The notes beneath the pieces are model-generated. The model was not told the origin of the DNA. It searched no databases and worked only from the letters and a program-made list of their open reading frames with translations. Source: an uncultured Planctomycetaceae bacterium (GTDB lineage Bacteria > Planctomycetota > Planctomycetia > Isosphaerales > Isosphaeraceae). Taken from it: a DNA stretch of 64,000 bases. This document shows, piece by piece, positions 43,401-53,025 of the stretch. Each line of letters starts with the position of its first letter. Position 1 is the first letter of the stretch. The translations under genes and the position numbers were made by a program. Location of the stretch: the NCBI GenBank assembly GCA_963833985.1, contig CAWIAD010000002.1:6336001-6400000 (forward strand), in the 5' to 3' direction.

Positions 43401-44474
43401 GAGTACTGACTCGCGGGCCAGGTTGAAGTCCAGGAGCATCGGCATGCCGTCGTCGATCACCAGCACGTTGCTGGGCTTGATATCACGGTGCAGGACTCCC
43501 CGGTCATGAGCATGGTCGAGCGCCTCGGCGAGGCGCGCACCCCACCAGGCGATGGCCTGGGCGAAGGTGCGCCGCGCGAGGGCCGTGCGGCAGGCCGCAC
43601 GCGCCTTGGCAGACGCGTCGGCCGGGTCCCCCAGCCGGTCGAGCGCGGCCACAAGTGCTGCGCCGGAGTGCGCCTCGCCGTCCTGCCCGACCTCGGAGAG
43701 TACGCGCGACAGGGTGATCCGGCCGAAGTAGGGCATGCAGAGCAGGTGCAACCCCGTGGCCGGATCGACCCGATGCGAGTACACCGGCACGATATGGGTA
43801 TGCTGGAGCCGGGCCAGCGCCTGGGGCTCGCGTGAGCCGCGTACGCTCACCTTCAGCGCCACGGGTCGATCGGCCAGTTGCCTCTCGCGCGCCAGGAAGA
43901 CGCGGGCGAACGCTCCTCGGCCCAGCTCCTCGACGAGGTAGAAGCCGCCGATCGTCTGGCCGGCCTCGGGGAAGAGGACGCGCGCGCAGGGCTCCAGCGC
44001 GGCCTGGGAGGCCGAGACCGACGAGCCCGGCAGAATCATCGAATTCGCGGCTGTGGCCGAGCCGATGAGGCCGTGAATGTCGAGCACCCGGCGGAGCGGC
44101 TCCGCCTGAGAACTGTAGCGCGCCAGGAAGGCTGCGGCATCCGGCTGCTGCCCGTTGTCCTCGAGCAGGCAGAATTCCTCGTAGATCAGCGCCACGACGC
44201 TGTCATCGCTGAGGTCGGGGAACCGGTCGAGGTACCACCGCGCGGTCACCCGCTCGCCGGCGTCCCAGCGCAGGGAGAGGTCGGTGCGGAGCACGGCCAG
44301 GCGCGTGCCGGCAAGCTGGCCGCTCGGCCCTTGCCGTGACAGGAACTCGCCGGGGTCCAGCCGCGAACCGTCGACCTCGGCCCGCTGCCACGCCTTCTCG
44401 TAGGCACGTGTGAGACGAAGCGCGTCCGGAGAGGACGCCTCCTCCCACGTCCGCCCCGACGCAGCCACGTTCAT
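40497..44474 (-). CDS. Ser/Thr protein kinase with TM and TPR repeats
   Basis: LGRGAFARV, VALKV, HRDIKPSN, LLDFNLA and GTVDYMAPE. C-terminal TPRs. ATG overlaps the sigma stop (ATGA). Confidence 0.93.
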   Translation of the reverse strand: MNVAASGRTWEEASSPDALRLTRAYEKAWQRAEVDGSRLDPGEFLSRQGPSGQLAGTRLAVLRTDLSLRWDAGERVTARWYLDRFPDLSDDSVVALIYEEFCLLEDNGQQPDAAAFLARYSSQAEPLRRVLDIHGLIGSATAANSMILPGSSVSASQAALEPCARVLFPEAGQTIGGFYLVEELGRGAFARVFLARERQLADRPVALKVSVRGSREPQALARLQHTHIVPVYSHRVDPATGLHLLCMPYFGRITLSRVLSEVGQDGEAHSGAALVAALDRLGDPADASAKARAACRTALARRTFAQAIAWWGARLAEALDHAHDRGVLHRDIKPSNVLVIDDGMPMLLDFNLARESVLVGEEGRAVDATLGGTVDYMAPEHLESLAEGISDRVDRRSDIYGLGVLLYEAVAGKKPFVPPRKTQSMIEALLHAADDRRHDPGYLFHGESDVPPPLRAVIKRCLEPDPDDRYQRAGELAADLHAIADDLSLRHAREPIVSRMSRRVRRNRRRLAGLAVLLLAGLAILGAYVNFAIERYDRFQEVRELLLSASHAIDQDEFKKAQFLLQNASHRAEHSELGTFHNLLKWETFWGFGGKLRRKLEKIWVDPDLEELKQAIRTKQFMAEEVLTAQEHADALLKQSHNLRFRLIGLGDDMPGAIAELQALLAPFRVLTARENWTSLQYGWALLDEERKTNVFREVNDLLFLWMVQVEISARTASARLGQGGAPASPMRLDDAVRTCDKILGFADPKEPWQALRALLEEHRRRSRGMPRGSVDALNQPRPQAILEGEPRHVGGVKSAPACFEWGLLCSSQGQTKRAIEWMQGAVWLKWENYWYQFYLAYLLDREGLADDALDHYSAAVACQPESPWVRFNRARLYRAKGRWSWALDDLMKARALMGKRPESLQVGLEIGYLHWSLGNFTQAANEYRAIIDADPNCDFARAARLNLANIDAESGREQRARATYETILKTRPDDAAARMSRANLSLRLGQPRAALQDLDLLLKPGVKLEDRDDVLATRAIAHLLLNLRGEAVDDARLAQQTRPGPAHERLLQRTLLAAGRLEELQLDRPEEILLLPAAGAGLTADLRSAAGELAVRAAGNRSVAYRALLNRAVILSVLGEHRTAVAETERAVAIAPLSPDVHLVRARILHRASQAARAMSEIDIGLNLKPDHPGLLDLRATILTEAGRPREAISWLEQSIALSPSAFAYLNKAAALVALQRYEEAVHECSMALRRDPELPQAYLSRARCYVNLLIWDRALADLEQAAAWAHGDLRLQIGIMVTYAQCLQERPDHKTRWLLLLERTFRQGWDVFTGTSVSTGAFR

Positions 44475-45079
44475 CCCCGCGACTCCCACTCCGACTCCAT
44501 CCGCCGCCGTAGTTCCTCGAGCACACGCTGAACGGTCCGCTCGCTGATTCCCAGCCGCTCGCCGATGTCACGGCTGGAGAGCCCTTCCGCCTTGAGCTCG
44601 AGTATCGATCGACGGTCCTGCGGCAAGAGCTCGCGAAGCTTCCCGAGCACCTCGCGCGCCTGGGCCAGCTCACTCGGTGAGTCGATCGGATCGGCAACTT
44701 CCTTGGGACGCCTGCCATCGCCCCAGAGGGGCTCCTCGCGATGCATATCCTGCTTCAGGCTGGCCGCCCGGCGATACTCGTCGATCACCTTATTCTTCGC
44801 AGCCCTCGCCAGAAACGCGACAAGGTGCCGGGAATCTTCGAAGTCCGTGGGAGCGTCCCGCATTCGCCGGAAAAAACTACCCCAGACGCTCTGTAAAAAG
44901 TCCAGCGAGTCGAACCGCGACCGCAGCAGTCGGGGGAGCTGACGGCGCACCACCAGCCTGACCTCCGGCTCGTAGCGCTGGAGCAGCTCGCGGGCGGCCG
45001 ATTCATCCCCGTTCTGAATCCGTTGCAGGAAACCCGGGAGATCGTTCTCCTCCCGCAACGGACGATCGCCGACGGTCAT
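44471..45079 (-). CDS. ECF sigma factor (kinase-associated type)
   Basis: AGGAGG RBS. GDESAARELL..RSRFDSLDFLQSVWGSFF and GLSSRDIGERLGISERTVQRVL. Confidence 0.93.
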   Translation of the reverse strand: MTVGDRPLREENDLPGFLQRIQNGDESAARELLQRYEPEVRLVVRRQLPRLLRSRFDSLDFLQSVWGSFFRRMRDAPTDFEDSRHLVAFLARAAKNKVIDEYRRAASLKQDMHREEPLWGDGRRPKEVADPIDSPSELAQAREVLGKLRELLPQDRRSILELKAEGLSSRDIGERLGISERTVQRVLEELRRRMESEWESRG

Positions 45080-45388
45080 CAAACGCCTCCTTGCCCGAAC
45101 CAGGTCCGGCGAACCTGGTCGAGCATCTCTTCCCTGAAAGTGAGATCGAGCTCGGCGTAGATTCAACGTGCACTCATCGAGCCTAACCCAAATCTTGACT
45201 CATTGCCAAGAGATGCTCGCGACTCGGAGCGTTCCAACCACTAAAAAGGCAATTCTCGTGCCGCGCTCTCGACACGAGAAAAGCATGCAATCTCTGTCTC
45301 TCGCCGGGGCCACCGTTGCCCCCAGCTCCGCGCCGCGCGATAATCCGGCATCCCCGGACGAACAGGCCTGGACCTGGAGCCCGCGATC

Positions 45389-46774
45389 ATGCCCTTGCAT
45401 ACCTGGTTGCATGCCGTCCTCTGTGCCCTCGTGGGCCTGGTAGGTCTGGCCGCGCCGCGACCGGCCAGCGCCGGCCAGACGCCGGCCCCGCCGAAGCAGG
45501 GCCCGGCCGCCAGCTTACTACAGCCGCAGGCGGCGGAACTGCGGGCACTGCTCGACCATGAGATCACCGCCTTCTGGTACCCGCGCTCGGTGGACCGGGA
45601 ACACGGCGGATTCCACCAGAACTTCGCACGCGACTGGACGCCCCGGCCCGACGACGGCAAGTTTCTGGTCTACCAGGCGCGCATGACCTGGACGGCCGCG
45701 GCCTACGCCGAGTTCTCCGCGCCGCACCGCGCCGAGTTCCTGGGCTACGCGCGGCACGGGCTGCATTGCCTGGACATTGTGCTCCGCGATCGCCAGCAGG
45801 GCGGTTTCCACTGGGCAGTCGCCCCCGACGGCAGCGTTGACCCGAAACTTGGCGACGAGAAGCACCTCTACGGCACCTCGTTCGTGATCTACGCGGCCAG
45901 CAAGCTCCGCACCGTGGCGCAGGACGAGCTGGCACTCACGGTAGCCAGGGACGCGTTCGACTGGCTGGAGCACCATGCCCACGACGCTCAGTACGGCGGC
46001 TATTTCGAGGCCCTGCGCCGTGATGGAACGCCCATCGTGTCCCGGGATGAGAGCCTGCCGGTCGCTCGCCGCCAGGACCGCCTGGGCGTTTATTACGGCT
46101 TCAAGACAATGAACTCTCATATCCACATGCTCGAGGCGCTCACCGCGCTCTCGCGGGTCGATCCTCGCCCGGTCGTCAGGGAACGGCTCGACGAGGTCTT
46201 TCACCTGGTGCGCGACCGGATCGCCGTGGATCCCGGCGCGCTCAACCTGTACCTGACGCGTGACTGGCGGGCGGTTCCTGCGCACGACTCGTTCGGGCAC
46301 GACATCGAGACGGCCTATCTGCTGGTGGAAGCAGCCGAGGCGCTCGGCCTGGCCGATGACGAGCCGACCTGGAGAGTGGCCCGCAAGCTTGCCGATCACG
46401 CCCTGGACTGGGGCTGGGACGACGAGCACGGCGGGTTCTACGACAAGGGCGATTCGTTCGCAGCCGCGGCCTACGATACGACCAAGGTCTGGTGGACCGA
46501 AGCCGAGGGGCTGAACACCCTGCTGATCCTGGATCGCAAGTACGGCGGCCAGACCAGCCGCTACGCCCGCGCTTTCCAGAAGCAATGGCGCTTCATCCGT
46601 CAGCACCTGATCGACCCGGTCCACGGCGGCTGGTACCCGGAGACCCGGCGCGATGGCACTCCGCAAGGAGACCTTGCCAAGGCCAGTCCCTGGAAAGCCA
46701 ACTACCATACGTCGCGCGCCCTGATCAACGTTGTCGGCCTCTTGACGAAGCCGCCGGCGGTTTCTACTCCATGA
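45389..46774 (+). CDS. AGE-family epimerase (cellobiose 2-epimerase-like) with signal peptide
   Basis: [43 protein letters not shown] and [10 protein letters not shown]. Confidence 0.9.
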   Translation: MPLHTWLHAVLCALVGLVGLAAPRPASAGQTPAPPKQGPAASLLQPQAAELRALLDHEITAFWYPRSVDREHGGFHQNFARDWTPRPDDGKFLVYQARMTWTAAAYAEFSAPHRAEFLGYARHGLHCLDIVLRDRQQGGFHWAVAPDGSVDPKLGDEKHLYGTSFVIYAASKLRTVAQDELALTVARDAFDWLEHHAHDAQYGGYFEALRRDGTPIVSRDESLPVARRQDRLGVYYGFKTMNSHIHMLEALTALSRVDPRPVVRERLDEVFHLVRDRIAVDPGALNLYLTRDWRAVPAHDSFGHDIETAYLLVEAAEALGLADDEPTWRVARKLADHALDWGWDDEHGGFYDKGDSFAAAAYDTTKVWWTEAEGLNTLLILDRKYGGQTSRYARAFQKQWRFIRQHLIDPVHGGWYPETRRDGTPQGDLAKASPWKANYHTSRALINVVGLLTKPPAVSTP

Positions 46775-46850
46775 AGGGTGCGAGCGGCGAGCCCGGCCTG
46801 TGCGCGCATCTTCGGCCGCCAGCTCTCGCGTCCAGATGGGAGACGAGGTC

Positions 46851-47486
46851 TTGAGCGTTCAGGATTCCCGCAAGGACTACAGCCGCTTCCGCCTCGAGGA
46901 GACCGAGCTCGATCCGGACCCCATTGGCCAGTTTCATCGCTGGTTCGAGGAAGCGACGCTCTGCGAGGTGCCCGAACCGAACGCCATGACCCTGGCAACG
47001 GCCAGCGCCGCGGGACAGCCTTCGGCGCGCATCGTCCTGCTGCGCGGCTACGATGCCCGGGGTTTCGTTTTCTTCTCGAACTATGACAGCCGCAAAGGCA
47101 AGGATCTGCGGGTCAACCCGCAGGCGGCGCTCGTCTTCCACTGGCACGACCTGGAGCGCCAGGTGCGAATTGAAGGGATGGTGGAACGGACGGCGCCTGC
47201 CGAATCAGACGCCTACTTTCTGGGCCGTCCGGCTGGCTCCCGTCTCGGTGCGTGGGCCTCGCGGCAGAGCGAGGTGATCGCCGGCCGCGAGGTCCTGGAA
47301 CAGCGCGTTCGCGATCTCGAACTGGAGTTTGCCGATGGACCGATCCCCCGCCCCGAGAACTGGGGGGGATATCGCCTGGTCCCATCGGTGCTCGAGTTCT
47401 GGCAGGGCCGACCGAGCCGGCTGCACGATCGGTTGCGCTACACGCGGGCAGCCGGCCGCTGGGTCATCGACCGGCTATCGCCGTGA
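46851..47486 (+). CDS. pdxH: Pyridoxamine 5'-phosphate oxidase
   Basis: [36 protein letters not shown] and [13 protein letters not shown]. The start could instead be ATG 46836. Confidence 0.96.
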   Translation: MSVQDSRKDYSRFRLEETELDPDPIGQFHRWFEEATLCEVPEPNAMTLATASAAGQPSARIVLLRGYDARGFVFFSNYDSRKGKDLRVNPQAALVFHWHDLERQVRIEGMVERTAPAESDAYFLGRPAGSRLGAWASRQSEVIAGREVLEQRVRDLELEFADGPIPRPENWGGYRLVPSVLEFWQGRPSRLHDRLRYTRAAGRWVIDRLSP

Positions 47487-47566
47487 TGATCGAGGCGTCT
47501 GGGGGAGAGGCTCCCGGTTGGATAACAGGGGGCGGCACCGCCCCGACGGAAAGGGTGTGGGCTCGC

Positions 47567-48250
47567 TCAGCGTACGCGACGCCTGCGCACCTGGTAGACG
47601 CGCGCCAGTCCCAGCACGCCCAGCGCCGAGGCGCCGAGGACCAGGCCAGTCGGTTCCGGCACCGGCGAGGCCGCCGTGATGATGCGGATCTCGTCGATAC
47701 TGCTGTGCGTGTGGAACTGGACATCGACCGTGTCGCCGGAGACCCACACGACGTAGTCTTCGGTCTTACCGAATTCCAGGCCCCGTGTGCCATCTTTCGA
47801 GGGATAAACCGTGCCGGGCGCACCCAGGATGCTGTCGGTGCTGCTGAGCGACGAGCTGAGCACAATGATCCCCAGGATGGGCGACGAGAACGTGAGCGAG
47901 GCATTGTAAGTGCTGTTGCCGTTGGGCGGGTCGGAATGCAGGAAGTAGCTGTCAACCATCGTGCCCGCGGCAATGGTTCCCGGGGTCAGGCTCGATAGCT
48001 TCTGATAGGTGCCCTGGGTGCTGACATCCACAGGCAGGGCGCTCGAGAGCGTGAGGTCGGTCCGTTCGGTGAACGCGAAGATCGTGGTGTTGCTCTGGAG
48101 GTGGCCATTCAGCAGCGAGGCCGGCGGCGTGGAGAGCACGTCCACCTGTCCCGAAGTGCTGATGATTCCCGCCCTCGCATGCCCCCCGCAGAGACAACAC
48201 GCGGCCAGGGCGGCAGCCGCAATGAGCCGGACCTTGACATGGATCTGCAT
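47567..48250 (-). CDS. PEP-CTERM sorting-domain protein
   Basis: Signal peptide ..GGHARA. C-terminal VPEPTGLVLGASALGVLGLARVYQVRRRRVR. Confidence 0.9.
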   Translation of the reverse strand: MQIHVKVRLIAAAALAACCLCGGHARAGIISTSGQVDVLSTPPASLLNGHLQSNTTIFAFTERTDLTLSSALPVDVSTQGTYQKLSSLTPGTIAAGTMVDSYFLHSDPPNGNSTYNASLTFSSPILGIIVLSSSLSSTDSILGAPGTVYPSKDGTRGLEFGKTEDYVVWVSGDTVDVQFHTHSSIDEIRIITAASPVPEPTGLVLGASALGVLGLARVYQVRRRRVR

Positions 48251-48602
48251 CTCGTTCCTGGGCCTTTCTGTGTCACAGACGCTTCTTGATATGTTTCACG
48301 GGACTGGTTTACCCGATATCAGAAAATACCGGAATGCTCCCCATGGTTCCTAGGTTTGTGCGTTTTTTTAGACCATTGAATCGCATTATGACGAAAAAAG
48401 AGGACATCCCTCGCGCCCTGGAAACCATTGCCACGACTCCTGAACGCGAGAGGGTCTGCGGTCTGCCGCGACATCTCTCCCGCTTGACCGGTCTTGACCG
48501 CTCAGTACAAACTATGCCGCTCGACCAGATGCACGGCGGGGTGGTCCCGAGGTGGCAGGGTTGAGCCGACCACGGGCTGACCGATCTTCAGGAGACCATT
48601 CG

Positions 48603-49037
48603 ATGACATTGAGGCTGAGCGTGGCGGGAGCGATTCTGGCCGGCTTGCTCGCAGTGGCTCCCCGGATTCATGCCGATGATGCGGCTATTGCGAAGGACCT
48701 CAAGACGCTCGAGGGCGAGTGGACCGTGAAGTCCGAGGGAGGCGGCGAGATCGTCTACAAGTTCAAGGGCGACAAGCTCGAAATCAAGGCGCCCAGCCGA
48801 TCGTACAAGATGACCGTGAAGCTCGACCCGGCGGCCAAGCCGGAGAAAACAATCGACTTCCAGATCGACGACGGCCCCGACGATGCCAAGGGAAAGACGT
48901 CCAAGGGCATCTACAAGTTCGAGGACGACAACAATACCTTCGTGTTCTGCATGCGCCCGGAAGGCGACCGTCCCGACAAGTACGAGCAGGTGGGCTTCGA
49001 GCAGATCCTGTCCAAGCTGAAACGAAAAAAGGCGTGA
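48603..49037 (+). CDS. Secreted TIGR03067-domain (planctomycete) protein
   Basis: Signal peptide. KDLKTLEGEW..KLDPAAKPEKTIDF..KGIYKFE..FCM..RP. Confidence 0.8.
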   Translation: MTLRLSVAGAILAGLLAVAPRIHADDAAIAKDLKTLEGEWTVKSEGGGEIVYKFKGDKLEIKAPSRSYKMTVKLDPAAKPEKTIDFQIDDGPDDAKGKTSKGIYKFEDDNNTFVFCMRPEGDRPDKYEQVGFEQILSKLKRKKA

Positions 49038-49262
49038 CGAGGGTTGGGAAGGTTGAACCACAAAAGGGGATATTGAACCACAAAGGGCACGAAGGCCACG
49101 AAGAGTAGGAACCCGGTGAGCGGTGCGTGGACGGCTGATGCCGCGAACCTGGTCTATGGGTGGGGTGAAAGCGAGAAACGAATCGGCGGTTCGCGCGGGG
49201 CCCGGGCGATTTTCTCGTCCGGGCCCTGCGGACCGCCGGGTCCTTGAAAGTTGAATTCGTAT

Positions 49263-49470
49263 CTACCTGGACCGTCGCCGCCGATTCCAGGCGAGGCCCA
49301 ATCCCCCGATGAAAATCGCCGTCGAGCCCTGTGTGAGGGCCCAGGGCTCTGGAATGACCACAGTGATTGACCCATCGCTGATTCCGAATGGGATCAGAGA
49401 TCCGTCAAGTGCTGTGAGCAGGCTGTCCGGTAAGGCCGCGACGGAGAACGTGCGTCCGAGCATGCCCCCA
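49263..49470 (-). pseudogene. PEP-CTERM protein C-terminal remnant
   Basis: ..DGSLIPFGISDGSITVVIPEPWALTQGSTAIFIGGLGLAWNRRRRSR*. No signal peptide upstream in frame. The 5' limit is approximate. Confidence 0.65.
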
Positions 49471-49635
49471 AGTCGCACGATTATCCGCTCATGGACGGTG
49501 GGCCGGCGCGCGCCTTTCGCATTCTCCGGCGACGGCCGCCGATGTGGCTCTAAGCAAATCCGCAGAAGTCTCTGGACAGGATTGCGGTTCGCTTGCCCGG
49601 GGCCGAGAGCCCTGCCTGGCCGCTCTCCTCGTGGG

Positions 49636-49740
49636 GTACGATTCCAATCGTGCCATTCCTGGTCCATCAGATCGAAGAGGTGACACGAATGGAATCGTGT
49701 TCCACGAAAAGATTGAGAAGTGACACGATTCCGATCGTGT
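49636..49740. repeat. Three copies of the 18-bp palindrome ACACGAT-N4-ATCGTGT
   Basis: 49636-49653 GTACGATTCCAATCGTGC, 49683-49700 ACACGAATGGAATCGTGT, 49723-49740 ACACGATTCCGATCGTGT. Confidence 0.8.
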
Positions 49741-49819
49741 CCCACGAAGAGCGGCCTCCCGGTCATCCAGGATCGCATCGACCTGCTAAATGACTGTCAA
49801 AGAACGATTGCGAACCTGC

Positions 49820-52256
49820 TTAACCCTGATATTCGTAGGCGCCAATGTCCACCGTGCCACCGACGATGCGGGGGAAGCCCTTGCCGCGCTGATCGGTGGT
49901 CAGGCGTTTGCCCGTGGTGGGGTCGATGGCCAGAGCATTGCTGCCGGCGTTGATGGCCGGGCTGCCGGCCACCAGGGCGATGGTCTGGGTCGGGCCGCCA
50001 TTGTTCTGAAGGCCGTTGGGGTCGAGCCCCGGGTTGGCGACGCCGACCTGGTTGCCGTTGACGCCGTTGACCAGCCCGCCGGAACCACCGGTGCCGATCA
50101 GGTTATACGCGCTGGACGAAGAGACCGTGCCTCCCGGGGACACATCGATGTCGTCGGGAGTGCCTGCGCCGCTCGTGTTCAGGGCAATCAAGGTATTATC
50201 GAGAGTGAGTGATCCATAATAGATCAATATACCGCCACCCTCATCACTCCCGACAACTGTGTTCTCGGCGATGGTGCAGTTGACGACCGTCATCGTGCCA
50301 GCGGCAAGAAAGATACCTCCGCCGCCGACGGCATTTAAATTGCTGGTGGACGAGTTGCCGGCGATGGTGGAGTTGACGACCGTCATCGCGCCAGCGGCAA
50401 GAATGCCTCCGCCGCTGGAGGCGGACGTGTTGCCGGCGATGACGGAGTTGACAATCGCGCCAGAGCCATAGATACCTCCGCCACCGCCTTCAAAGTTATA
50501 GCCGGTGGCCGTGTTGCTGTCGATGGTGGAGTTCATGACCGTGATGGCGTCCGTGGTGCAAACGCCCCCGCCCGACCCGTCTGTACTATTGCCGGTGATC
50601 GAAGATCCGGTGATCGTTACCGTGCCGGAATTATAGACGCCGCCCCCGCCCGTTCCGACCGAGCTTTCCCCCCCGTTGTCGAGTACGTTGTTGGCGATGG
50701 TGGAGCTCGTGACGATGAGCGCACCGGTGTTATAGATGCCCCCGCCATCCCCGTTGAAACCGAGCGCCGGCCGAGTTATACTCGACGGTAGAGTCGATAA
50801 TGGTCATCGAGCTCGTGTTGGCGATGCCGCCTCCCCAGCTGGAGCTGTTGCCGTCGGAGCTAATAACGCCAGAGGAACCGATGGTGCAACCTCGGATCAT
50901 TGCCGTCCCCGATTCATTGGCGATTCCGCCGCCCACGGCATAAACTCGGCCGTTTCCCACGCCAGTCGCGTTGCCGTCAATCGTCGAGTCGGTGAGTGAA
51001 AGTGTGCCGAAGTTGTCGATGCCCCCACCGTTAAACCAGGACGAGTTGTTGTCGATCACGGCCTTGAAGGCCTTCAGCGTCCCTACGTTGTAAATTCCCC
51101 CGCCAGGGCCCAGCGTCGAGTTGCCCTCGATCGTGGAGCCCGTGAGGGTCAGCATGCCCTCATTGTCGACACCCCCGCCATTACCGCCGCCGTTCTTCAC
51201 CAAATTGCCGGAGATTGTCGAGTTGGTGACCGTCAGTGTTCCCGAGTTTTCGACGCCGCCCCCGTTACCGGGGTACAGGAGGGAGTTGCCCGATATGGTG
51301 GAGTTCGTCACGGTGAGCGTGCCGGAGCTGTCGACGCCGGCCCCAGCGGTGTCTGCCTCGTTATCCTGCACGGTTGAACCCGCGATCCTCAAGATGTTCG
51401 TATTGTAGATGCCACCGCCCTCAACGACGTCGGTTTCATTGTAGTTGTTGGCAAGGGATCCGTTGTTGTCGATCGTCGTGCCGGTCACCGCAAGCGTGCC
51501 CGCGTTGTAGATCCCGCCGCCAAGAGTGGAGCCCTGATTGAAGCCTCCGTTGTATTCAATCTCGCAGTTCGTCACGGTGACGGCGAATGTGCCGGTGTTG
51601 TAGAGGCCTCCGCCCGAGGCAGCGGCATCGTTCTCGTCGATGGTGGTATTCGTGACCTTGAGCATGCCCGAGTTGTAGATGCCCCCGCCGTTGCCCCCCG
51701 AGCCATTGCTGGCTGCCGCGGTGTTGCCCGTGATGGTGCTGTTCAGAACCGTCAACGTGCCAAGGTTGTCGATGCCGCCACCATTCGCCCCGGCCGTGGT
51801 AAAGCCTCCCGTGATCGTGAGACCGGCAAGCTTGGCCTGAACTTTGGCATCCACCGTCAGGATGCCGAAATCCGGGGTCTGCGAGTCGGTACTGCGAGTG
51901 ACGGTCAGATTCGCAGCACCCGGTCCGACGATATTCATGAGCCCGGTGGTGTTGCTCAGGTCGGGCAGCGCCGAGTTGAGCGTGATGGTACCGGTCACCG
52001 AGAACTTGATGGTGTTGCCGCCGTGGGTCTGGTCGGCCTGGGTGATGACGTAGCGCAGGTCTCCCGAATGACCGCTGCCGGCGCCCGCATCGCCCAGGCT
52101 GTTCACGGTCCAGGTTGTTACCGACAGCAAGGCCCGGACCTCGAGCGGTTCGAGCGCGAGCCTCCTGCGATGCGAGCGGTGTTCCGGCCGGGCGGTCAAG
52201 CCACGCTCGCTCTGATGCGTCAGACGCTGGGTTCTCGATCGAGAAATGACCTGCAC
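49820..52256 (-). CDS. Extracellular parallel beta-helix protein with LEPR-XLL-type leader and choice-of-anchor-Q-like C-terminus (frameshift near 50765)
   Basis: RRRLALEPLEVRALLS. Many GGGIxNxGxLxVxNSTIxxN repeats. C-terminal LQNNGGPTQTIAL..SPAINAG..DQRG..R....VDIGAYE. Confidence 0.88.
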
Positions 52257-53025
52257 GATTCTTCTCCTTGATTTTGCGGCCGCATGAGCGAGTCGGCCGG
52301 TCCTGCCTCGGGTTGAGGGGTCAAGTCCACGCGCGAAGGCGGCGTGTGCGGACCGTGAACGGGTCGCGGCCCGGCGCAACCTGCGGAACAACAGCCGGCA
52401 ATCGCTCGCTGCGCCGGGGCCGTCCTGGCGTGACATCAACAGCCATCCGCGGGCCGTTCATGCCTGGTTCTTCAGCGCTACCGGCCCGGTGACCCGGGAC
52501 TCATCAGAGAATTTAAGAGTGTGGATGCAATGGAAGCGCGTTTCCGCACTCGCGCCGCCGATCGGCAGGAGGCGTTTTCTGTGCGTGGCGAACAGGGCGT
52601 TGCGATACCAAATGGATCGCCAGGGCGGCCACGGCGTGACCCTTGCCGGGGATTGCCTCTCGGAGCGAACCTTGCCTGCACGACCGCTGGCTCTATGCCA
52701 GGTGTTCAATCCGAGTGCACACGGCTGGCACACCCTCGTTTTCTTGAGCGTCAGCCTGGACCACCTGGGTCTGTACCTTAGATTCTTCGGTGTCAAAATG
52801 CCACGATGTTGCAGGATAACATCATAAAGCCATCAGTGAACCCATGGGTGTGTGCATGAAGAGCGGTTCGCTCCTTCTACAGTTCATGCGACTCGACGAG
52901 GCCTGCGACGGCGCCTGGCATTGGCAATCGCAGCGCCGTTGGGTTAATCTGACCGGGACTCGACCCGAGCCGACGAAACCGTCCGATCATCCGCCAACCC
53001 AACGACTTGAGAGACGCGGCCGACG

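Noticed and set aside
49697..49712. TGTTCCACG as a parS site
   Set aside because: Only half of the 16-bp parS palindrome matches.
52450..53025. T-box or other leader RNA upstream of thrS; sigma54 promoter candidates
   Set aside because: No T-box consensus or terminator was recognised. The TGGCA motifs match the -24/-12 consensus only partly.
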